From NCBI GenBank assembly GCA_964057225.1, contig OZ059896.1:124001-188000 (forward strand): DNA of 64,000 bases. The letters are read 5' to 3'. Source of the stretch: Auanema rhodensis (taxonomy: Eukaryota; Animalia; Nematoda). Positions 55,436 to 64,000 of the stretch are shown in pieces (within the stretch, counting starts at the first letter, position 1; the number at the start of each line of letters is the position of its first letter). The notes below the pieces were generated by a model. That model was not told the DNA's origin, made no database searches, and saw nothing but the letters and a program-made list of their open reading frames with translations. A program made the position numbers and the translations under genes.

Positions 55436-58268
55436 TTCAATTACTAGCTCTTCTTCCATCACTATATATCTTTGTAATTCTCGCTCTATTCTCAACAAGT
55501 TTTCTCATTTTCATTTAATTTCACAAAAATATGACCCTGATGTTTTATGTTTCACTGAAAGTTGGCTTACTCCTGACGTTTGTAGTTCTAATTTACCTCT
55601 TTCTGCTTCGTATTGTTTGATGCGCTGTGATCGCAATAACAATAGGAGAGGTGGAGGTGTTCTAGTCATGGTTAAAAAACATATCTCAGTCTGTAATTTT
55701 AGTTCAGTCTCTTTTGGGGACTTCCTCCAGTTGGTTACATTTTCTATCGTTTCCCATTCCATAAGTCTTTCTATATGTTATCGGGCTCCTCGTTGTTCTA
55801 ATAGTTCTTTCAATTCCTTTCTTCATCATTATTCATCTATTCTTAACACCAGAGAAAAAAACGTGCTTGTTGGGGATTTTAATTTTCCCGGTATCAACTG
55901 GAAGAATTACTCTTTAACTAAATCGTCTCTTCAAGCCAAATGTTTCTTAGAGTTTATTACTTCTTTTTGTTTTACTCAACTAGTTAGTTTTCCGACACGC
56001 GGTAAGTATACTTTAGATTGTGTGCTTGCGGATACCCCTAGTATGGCCTCAGTTATCGAATGCGTTCCTCCTTTTGGGACTTCTGACCACAAATCTTTAC
56101 TTTTTTCTCTCTCTCGTGATATATTAGATTGCATGAACAGTCCCTCCCGCCCAAAACTTTCTTTGGCATCTTCTTGTACTGTTTTTTCTGCTGATCATCC
56201 AAAGTCGCTTCTCCATAGAAACTTTCATAAAGCCAACTACAATAAAATTAATTTTTTTATTTCATCCATTAATCTGGTTCAAAGCTTTTCTCACTTAGAT
56301 CTTTGTGCCGCCTATGAATCATTTGTCTGTTTTCTTAGAGAAATCATTTATACTCATGTTCCCATCATCAGACCTGGTGGAAAAAAAGTTCGCCTTGCTC
56401 GTTCAATATCTATTCTACATGATAATCTCACCAGGTTGTCTAAATGTTTCGGCCTTTCATCGTCGTCTAAATGTCGTACTCTTTCTCGTCGTTTGAATGC
56501 TTTACTCAGACGTCAGCGCGCACTGGATGAAAATAAAATATCTCTTTCCGGTAACCAAAAAGAATTTTACAAATTTTGTCGTAAACGTTTAGGGGGTACT
56601 ATTGAAGCATCTTTTTTAAAAAATGGTGACTCTCAAGCTTCGGACTCCTCCACCAAAGCAAAAATTTTTTCGGATCACTTTTCTCAGACCTCTTTTCTTT
56701 CTTCTTCTGGAATATGGCATCACAGTGAAACTCCTAAATTTTCTCCGCTCCAATTTCGCCCGCATTTCATTGATGAACTCTGCGTTTTCAAACTTTTAAG
56801 ATCTTTACCTTCTCGAACTTGCTTATCTCCTGATGGCATACCTTATATTTTTCTTAATATGTGTGCGATTTCTATAGTACGTCCTTTGACATTCTTTTTT
56901 AATGGTTTTTTATCCTTTGGGGTCTGTCCTAAAAGCTGGAAATCTGCATGGGTCAAACCTATTTATAAATCAGGATGTTCAAATGACCCTAAGAACTATA
57001 GACCCATTTCTCTCACATCTTGTCTCTCCAAAGTGTTTGAGCGCATTATCAGAAAAGACATTCTCAAGCATTTACTTGATAATAAGCTAATTTCACCATC
57101 TCAACATGGATTTTTACCTGGGCGTAGCACTAGCACTGCGCTTCTCAAAGCTCACTCGCAGTGGAGAATCGCCAAAGAATATCGTAAGGATGTTTCTGTA
57201 GCTTTTATTGATTTTTCCAAAGCTTTTGATAAAATTAATCATCGAATTCTGATCAGCAAATTGAACAGTTTCGGAATATCAGGATCTCTTGCTCTTTTTC
57301 TTGAAGACTTTCTTTCCAACCGTTCTTTTGAAGTTGTTCTTGAAGATGCCTTGTCTGAACCCAAAGTTATTGAGTGTGGTGTCCCTCAAGGTACAGTTCT
57401 TGGACCACTACTTTTTTTGCTATATATCAACGATCTCATTTCCTCTTTTCATCGTGGCACTGAGGCTGTTGCCTATGCTGATGACATTAAACTTTTTGCC
57501 TCATCAAATCAAAGTTTACAATGCTCTCTCCACATTCTTTCTCTCTGGTGCAATTTCAATGACATGGTAGTTAATGTCAAGAAATCGAAGATTATGATTC
57601 TTGGTAATGATAACTCTCATTGCCAGTTTTTACTCAATGATGTTCCTCTTGAAATTGTTGATAATTTCAAAGACCTCGGTGTTATCATAGATAAAAACTT
57701 ATCTTTCCGCCCCCATATTCACTCCATCACTTCCATGGCGTCAAAACGCTGTAAGCTTATTCTTAGATGTTTTAATTCTTCCTGTCCCAAACTCTTATTC
57801 AGATTGTTCACCTGTTACGTTAGGCCTATTCTTGAATATGCTTCCAAAGTCTGGTCACCGTTTTTGCTAAAAGATATTCAACTTGTTGAAAATGTTCAGA
57901 AGCGGTATGTTAATGCTATTTTTTTTCGATCGTCCATGGATATCCACGGATATGATAATAAACTCAAACACCTTCAAGGCAGGCGTTTAGAAACGAGACG
58001 CACTATAGCTGACTTATGTCAATATTTCAAAATCATAAAGAATGGCTCTATTCTTAATGAGTCCGTGCTTAGATCGAAAGAGCATAACTATATTCTTCGT
58101 CAACATGAGTTTATACTGATGCCGCCGGATTACAAAACTGTAGCTGCCCTTTCAAGCTTTGAGAACCGGCAAATCAAAATCTGGAATTCACTCAATCCTG
58201 ATCTAATTGGTATCAATGATTTGTCTGTTTTTCGGAAAGCCTTGAACACATTTATGTTCCCTGTTTAG
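55347..58268 (+). CDS. LINE ORF2: AP-like endonuclease + reverse transcriptase (973 sense codons stop-to-stop; true initiation site unknown)
   Basis: The frame of the supplied 55617..58268 ORF stays open upstream to TAA TAA at 55341-55346 and adds ...ITIYLCNSRSILNK...YDPDVLCFTESWL..., the first two APE motifs. Further EN motifs: DR..RGGGV, YRAP, GDFNFP, TLDCV, SDH (56082-56090). RT motifs: SPDGIP, NYRPISLTS, QHGF, FIDFSKAFD, GVPQGTVLGPLLF (from 57378), YADD (57474-57485). No internal stops or frameshifts. Confidence 0.95.
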   Translation, partial: YNLHLLAYRAILLLVLLSHPIVFLHFASHSSITSSSSITIYLCNSRSILNKFSHFHLISQKYDPDVLCFTESWLTPDVCSSNLPLSASYCLMRCDRNNNRRGGGVLVMVKKHISVCNFSSVSFGDFLQLVTFSIVSHSISLSICYRAPRCSNSSFNSFLHHYSSILNTREKNVLVGDFNFPGINWKNYSLTKSSLQAKCFLEFITSFCFTQLVSFPTRGKYTLDCVLADTPSMASVIECVPPFGTSDHKSLLFSLSRDILDCMNSPSRPKLSLASSCTVFSADHPKSLLHRNFHKANYNKINFFISSINLVQSFSHLDLCAAYESFVCFLREIIYTHVPIIRPGGKKVRLARSISILHDNLTRLSKCFGLSSSSKCRTLSRRLNALLRRQRALDENKISLSGNQKEFYKFCRKRLGGTIEASFLKNGDSQASDSSTKAKIFSDHFSQTSFLSSSGIWHHSETPKFSPLQFRPHFIDELCVFKLLRSLPSRTCLSPDGIPYIFLNMCAISIVRPLTFFFNGFLSFGVCPKSWKSAWVKPIYKSGCSNDPKNYRPISLTSCLSKVFERIIRKDILKHLLDNKLISPSQHGFLPGRSTSTALLKAHSQWRIAKEYRKDVSVAFIDFSKAFDKINHRILISKLNSFGISGSLALFLEDFLSNRSFEVVLEDALSEPKVIECGVPQGTVLGPLLFLLYINDLISSFHRGTEAVAYADDIKLFASSNQSLQCSLHILSLWCNFNDMVVNVKKSKIMILGNDNSHCQFLLNDVPLEIVDNFKDLGVIIDKNLSFRPHIHSITSMASKRCKLILRCFNSSCPKLLFRLFTCYVRPILEYASKVWSPFLLKDIQLVENVQKRYVNAIFFRSSMDIHGYDNKLKHLQGRRLETRRTIADLCQYFKIIKNGSILNESVLRSKEHNYILRQHEFILMPPDYKTVAALSSFENRQIKIWNSLNPDLIGINDLSVFRKALNTFMFPV

Positions 58269-58578
58269 TTTTTTCTTATATTGTCATTGTAGAAAAATTA
58301 GCTTGTTTTTCTTTCTTTTTTTCCATAAGCTCATTGATTATTTATATAATTTGTTCATCATATTTTGTCAATTTCTTGTTAATGACCTATTGGTACACAT
58401 ACATTTTCCTGCATTTTTATTTTTTGCATTTTTATTTTACAGACATTAGTCGTACGAATAAAATGCAGTTACTACACTGTGCTCAGAACGGGCTTGACTC
58501 TCTTTTGAGTTCCACCGCACCTGCCCACAATCAGAGTAGTTCGCTATGATAAGATCTAAGATAAGCGTATATAGATGA

Positions 58579-58610
58579 ATATATATATATATACATATAT
58601 GTGTGTGTAT
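58579..58610. repeat. Compound microsatellite (AT)7 AC (AT)3 (GT)4 AT in the LINE 3' UTR
   Basis: 32 nt of strictly alternating purine-pyrimidine read directly from the sequence. Confidence 0.85.
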
Positions 58611-58739
58611 AGTTGGTATGGTCACTTCCACTGCTCTTTTCATTTCTCAGTCTTTTCTTTTTTTAATTATCCACTGTAAGGTTACATTAAGCATTTCACA
58701 TGTTGTTGATTCATTTATGTCATAACCTGTGGTGAGATC

Positions 58740-58745
58740 AATAAA
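58740..58745 (+). promoter_or_regulatory. AATAAA polyadenylation-signal-like hexamer overlapping the start of the tail
   Basis: GAGATC AATAAA CAAAC. A second AATAAA lies at 58457-58462. Function not shown. Confidence 0.5.
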
Positions 58746-58758
58746 CAAACAAACAAAC
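58743..58758 (+). repeat. (AAAC)4 3' terminal tail of the LINE
   Basis: Four perfect AAAC units abutting the TSD. CR1/L2-type LINEs end in short tandem repeats rather than poly(A). Confidence 0.9.
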
Positions 58759-58764
58759 GTGTAC
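58757..58764 (+). other. Target-site duplication, right copy (ACGTGTAC; the first AC is shared with the AAAC tail, so the TSD is 6-8 bp)
   Basis: ...AAACAA ACGTGTAC ATTTAATTAGC. Removing the element plus one copy restores an intact 176-bp monomer. Confidence 0.93.
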
Positions 58765-59149
58765 ATTTAATTAGCATAAATTAAAGTTCACGTAAATTTC
58801 AAAGTCATGGTTACCATGCACCAATATCAATAAAAATTTGTTTTTAGACTAATATGGACATGGGGAATCTAATTTTGAAAACCGCATCTCTTTATCTTTC
58901 ACGTGAAGCGAGTTACATACCAAGTGCACATCACGTGTACATTTAATTAGCATAAATTAAAGTTCACGTAAATTTCAAAGTCATGGTTACCATGCACCAA
59001 TATCAATAAAAATTTGTTTTTAGACTAATATGGACATGGGGAATCTAATTTTGAAAACCGCATCTCTTTATCTTTCACGTGAAGCGAGTTACATACCAAG
59101 TGCACATCACGTATACATTTAATTAGCATAAATTAAAGTTCACGTAAAT

Positions 59150-62100
59150 TTCAAAGTCATGGTTACCATGAACCAATATCAATAAAAATTAGTTTTTAGA
59201 CTAATATGGACATGGGGAATCTAATTTTGAAAACCGCATCTCTTTATCTTTTACGTGAAGCGAGTTACATACCAAGTGCACATCACGTGTACATTTAATT
59301 AGCATAAATTAAAGTTCACGTAAATTTCAAAGTCATGGTTACCATGCACCAATATCAATAAAAATTTGTTTTTAGACTAATATGGACATGGGGAATCTAA
59401 TTTTGAAAACCGCATCTCTTTATCTTTCACGTGAAGCGAGTTACATACCAAGTGCACATCACGTGTACATTTAATTAGCATAAATTAAAGTTCACGTAAA
59501 TTTCAAAGTCATGGTTACCATGCACCAATATCAATAAAAATTTGTTTTTAGACTAATATGGACATGGGGAATCTAATTTTGAAAACCGCATCTCTTTATC
59601 TTTCACGTGAAGCGAGTTACATACCAAGTGCACATCACGTGTACATTTAATTAGCATAAATTAAAGTTCACGTAAATTTCAAAGTCATGGTTACCATGAA
59701 CCAATATCAATAAAAATTTGTTTTTAGACTAATATGGACATGGGGAATCTAATTTTGAAAACCGCATCTCTTCATCTTTCACGTGAAGCGAGTTACATAC
59801 CAAGTGCACATCACGTGTACATTTAATTAGCATAAATTAAAGTTCACGTAAATTTCAAAGTCATGGTTACCATGCACCAATATCAATAAAAATTTGTTTT
59901 TAGACTAATATGGACATGGGGAATCTAATTTTGAAAACCGCATCTTTTTATCTTTCACGTGAAGCGAGTTACATACCAAGTGCACATCACGTGTACATTT
60001 AATTAGCATAAATTAAAGTTCACGTAAATTTCAAAGTCATGGTTACCATGCACTAATATCAATAAAAATTTGTTTTTAAACTAATATGGACATGGGGAAT
60101 CTAATTTTGAAAACCGCATCTCTTTATCTTTCACGTGAAGCGAGTTACATACCAAGTGCACATCACGTGTACATTTAATTAGCATAAATTAAAGTTCACG
60201 TAAATTTCAAAGTCATGGTTACCATGTACCAATATCAATAAAAATTTGTTTTTAGACTAATATGGACATGGGGAATCTAATTTTGAAAACCGCATCTCTT
60301 TATCTTTCACGTGAAGCGAGTTACATACCAAGTGCACATCACGTGTACATTTAATTAGCATAAATTAAAGTTCACGTAAATTTCAAAGTCATGGTTACCA
60401 TGAACCAATATCAATAAAAATTTGTTTTTAGACTAATATGGACATGGGGAATCTAATTTTGAAAACCGCATCTCTTTATCTTTCACGTGAAGCGAGTTAC
60501 ATACCAAGTGCACATCACGTGTACATTTAATTAGCATAAATTAAAGTTCACGTAAATTTCAAAGTCATGGTTACCATGTACCAATATCAATAAAAATTTG
60601 TTTTTAGACTAATATGGACATGGGGAATCTAATTTTGAAAACCGCATCTCTTTATCTTTCACGTGAAGCGAGTTACATACCAAGTGCACATCACGTGTAC
60701 ATTTAATTAGCATAAATTAAAGTTCACGTAAATTTCAAAGTCATGGTTACCATGTACCAATATCAATAAAAATTTGTTTTTAGACTAATATGGACATGGG
60801 GAATCTAATTTTGAAAACCGCATCTCTTTATCTTTCACGTGAAGCGAGTTACATACCAAGTGCACATCACGTGTACATTTAATTAGCATAAATTAAAGTT
60901 CACGTAAATTTCAAAGTCATGGTTACCATGAACCAATATCAATAAAAATTTGTTTTTAGACTAATATGGACATGGGGAATCTAATTTTGAAAACCGCATC
61001 TCTTTATCTTTTACGTGAAGCGAGTTACATACCAAGTGCACATCACGTGTACATTTAATTAGCATAAATTAAAGTTCACGTAAATTTCAAAGTCATGGTT
61101 ACCATGCACCAATATCAATAAAAATTTGTTTTTAGACTAATATGGACATGGGGAATCTAATTTTGAAAACCGCATCTCTTTATCTTTCACGTGAAGCGAG
61201 TTACATACCAAGTGCACATCACGTGTACATTTAATTAGCATAAATTAAAGTTCACGTAAATTTCAAAGTCATGGTTACCATGCACCAATATCAATAAAAA
61301 TTTGTTTTTAGACTAATATGGACATGGGGAATCTAATTTTGAAAACCGCATCTCTTTATCTTTCACGTGAAGCGAGTTACATACCAAGTGCACATCACGT
61401 GTACATTTAATTAGCATAAATTAAAGTTCACGTAAATTTCAAAGTCATGGTTACCATGAACCAATATCAATAAAAATTTGTTTTTAGACTAATATGGACA
61501 TGGGGAATCTAATTTTGAAAACCGCATCTCTTCATCTTTCACGTGAAGCGAGTTACATACCAAGTGCACATCACGTGTACATTTAATTAGCATAAATTAA
61601 AGTTCACGTAAATTTCAAAGTCATGGTTACCATGCACCAATATCAATAAAAATTTGTTTTTAGACTAATATGGACATGGGGAATCTAATTTTGAAAACCG
61701 CATCTTTTTATCTTTCACGTGAAGCGAGTTACATACCAAGTGCACATCACGTGTACATTTAATTAGCATAAATTAAAGTTCACGTAAATTTCAAAGTCAT
61801 GGTTACCATGCACTAATATCAATAAAAATTTGTTTTTAAACTAATATGGACATGGGGAATCTAATTTTGAAAACCGCATCTCTTTATCTTTCACATGAAG
61901 CGAGTTACATACCAAGTGCACATCACGTGTACATTTAATTAGCATAAATTAAAGTTCACGTAAATTTCAAAGTCATGGTTACCATGTACCAATATCAATA
62001 AAAATTTGTTTTTAGACTAATATGGACATGGGGAATCTAATTTTGAAAACCGCATCTCTTTATCTTTCACGTGAAGCGAGTTACATACCAAGTGCACATC

Positions 62101-62300
62101 ACGTGTACATTTAATTAGCATAAATTAAAGTTCACGTAAATTTCAAAGTCATGGTTACCATGAACCAATATCAATAAAAATTTGTTTTTAGACTAATATG
62201 GACATGGGGAATCTAATTTTGAAAACCGCATCTCTTTATCTTTCACGTGAAGCGAGTTACATACCAAGTGCACATCACGTGTACATTTAATTAGCATAAA
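59150..62300. repeat. 1760-bp (10-monomer) higher-order duplication right of the LINE
   Basis: Variants recur at +1760: TTACGTG 59251/61011, CATCTTTTTA 59941/61701, CACTAAT 60051/61811. Confidence 0.85.
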
Positions 62301-64000
62301 TTAAAGTTCACGTAAATTTCAAAGTCATGGTTACCATGAACCAATATCAATAAAAATTTGTTTTTAGACTAATATGGACATGGGGAATCTAATTTTGAAA
62401 ACCGCATCTCTTTATCTTTCACGTGAAGCGAGTTACATACCAAGTGCACATCACGTGTACATTTAATTAGCATAAATTAAAGTTCACGTAAATTTCAAAG
62501 TCATGGTTACCATGCACCAATATCAATAAAAATTTGTTTTTAGACTAATATGGACATGGGGAATCTAATTTTGAAAACCGCATCTCTTCATCTTTCACGT
62601 GAAGCGAGTTACATACCAAGTGCACATCACGTGTACATTTAATTAGCATAAATTAAAGTTCACGTAAATTTCAAAGTCATGGTTACCATGCACCAATATC
62701 AATAAAAATTTGTTTTTAGACTAATATGGACATGGGGAATCTAATTTTGAAAACCGCATCTCTTTATCTTTCACGTGAAGCGAGTTACATACCAAGTGCA
62801 CATCACGTGTACATTTAATTAGCATAAATTAAAGTTCACGTAAATTTCAAAGTCATGGTTACCATGAACCAATATCAATAAAAATTTGTTTTTAGACTAA
62901 TATGGACATGGGGAATCTAATTTTGAAAACCGCATCTCTTTATCTTTCACGTGAAGCGAGTTACATACCAAGTGCACATCACGTGTACATTTAATTAGCA
63001 TAAATTAAAGTTCACGTAAATTTCAAAGTCATGGTTACCATGCACTAATATCAATAAAAATTTGTTTTTAAACTAATATGGACATGGGGAATCTAATTTT
63101 GAAAACCGCATCTCTTTATCTTTCACGTGAAGCGAGTTACATACCAAGTGCACATCACGTGTACATTTAATTAGCATAAATTAAAGTTCACGTAAATTTC
63201 AAAGTCATGGTTACCATGCACCAATATCAATAAAAATTTGTTTTTAGACTAATATGGACATGGGGAATCTAATTTTGAAAACCGCATCTCTTTATCTTTC
63301 ACGTGAAGCGAGTTACATACCAAGTGCACATCACGTGTACATTTAATTAGCATAAATTAAAGTTCACGTAAATTTCAAAGTCATGGTTACCATGCACCAA
63401 TATCAATAAAAATTTGTTTTTAGACTAATATGGACATGGGGAATCTAATTTTGAAAACCGCATCTCTTCATCTTTCACGTGAAGCGAGTTACATACCAAG
63501 TGCACATCACGTGTACATTTAATTAGCATAAATTAAAGTTCACGTAAATTTCAAAGTCATGGTTACCATGCACCAATATCAATAAAAATTTGTTTTTAGA
63601 CTAATATGGACATGGGGAATCTAATTTTGAAAACCGCATCTCTTTATCTTTCACGTGAAGCGAGTTACATACCAAGTGCACATCACGTGTACATTTAATT
63701 AGCATAAATTAAAGTTCACGTAAATTTCAAAGTCATGGTTACCATGAACCAATATCAATAAAAATTTGTTTTTAGACTAATATGGACATGGGGAATCTAA
63801 TTTTGAAAACCGCATCTCTTTATCTTTCACGTGAAGCGAGTTACATACCAAGTGCACATCACGTGTACATTTAATTAGCATAAATTAAAGTTCACGTAAA
63901 TTTCAAAGTCATGGTTACCATGCACTAATATCAATAAAAATTTGTTTTTAAACTAATATGGACATGGGGAATCTAATTTTGAAAACCGCATCTCTTTATC

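Larger units (their letters stand above)
54983..58758 (+). mobile_element. Non-LTR retrotransposon (LINE), APE-type, CR1-like clade; 5'-truncated within ORF1
   Basis: Unique 3.78-kb segment flanked by an 8-bp direct repeat of satellite sequence. It encodes endonuclease + RT, has a 3' UTR ending in AATAAA and (AAAC)4, and has no LTRs or TIRs. The clade call rests on remembered motifs (KDLGVIID, YVRPILEYASKVWSP, VENVQKR, IWNSL; no RNase H or CCHC seen; short-repeat tail), not on a phylogeny. Confidence 0.95.
58757..64000. repeat. 176-bp satellite DNA tandem array, right arm (~29.8 monomers; continues beyond the window end)
   Basis: The same monomer in the same orientation resumes at ACGTGTACATTTAATTAGC directly after the LINE tail. 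The 176-bp phase holds to 64000 (monomer position 133). Confidence 0.99.

Noticed and set aside
55664-55674. 11-bp identity AGTCATGGTTA between ORF2 and the satellite (also ATCAATAAA at the LINE 3' end), suggesting the satellite derives from the LINE
   Set aside because: Matches this short are expected by chance between 3.8 kb and 176 bp of AT-rich DNA, and I see no extended colinear similarity.
55511-57570. Small ORFs 55511..55762 (-), 56305..56496, 56902..57090, 57289..57570
   Set aside because: Short shadow frames lying wholly within ORF2, with no recognisable motifs.
58478-58527. tRNA/SINE-like A and B boxes (GCTCAG..GG, GAGTTCCACC, ending CCA)
   Set aside because: The boxes are degenerate and I cannot build a cloverleaf. 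Kept only as a generic structured-RNA candidate.
58334-58643. ORFs 58334..58549 (+) and 58446..58643 (-)
   Set aside because: They lie in the low-complexity 3' UTR and microsatellite; the composition is non-coding-like.

Overview
Eukaryotic heterochromatin or centromere-type DNA. About 60 kb of the window is one head-to-tail, same-orientation array of a highly homogeneous, AT-rich 176-bp satellite: 313 monomers at 1-54982 and about 30 at 58757-64000. The array is interrupted once by a ~3.78-kb non-LTR retrotransposon on the + strand (54983-58758; APE endonuclease + reverse transcriptase, CR1-like). The element is 5'-truncated inside ORF1, has an uninterrupted ORF2, a ~490-nt 3' UTR ending in AATAAA+(AAAC)4, and a perfect ACGTGTAC target-site duplication. 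Main points of interest: (i) ORF2 has no AUG upstream of its first endonuclease motifs and overlaps ORF1 in the +1 frame; (ii) a satellite ATG is fused in frame to the ORF1 remnant; (iii) the LINE target coincides with the breakpoint of an independent deletion/insertion scar found in six 158-bp monomers; (iv) the monomer is dense in dyads and E-boxes; (v) SNP patterns show nested tandem duplications (16-, 25-, 10- and 69-monomer periods) and layered haplotype domains. I cannot identify the species or name the satellite family. An invertebrate, possibly nematode, origin is only a tentative inference from the retroelement. There is no CRISPR array, RNA gene or cellular gene. Monomer positions cited below are numbered as window bases 1-176.
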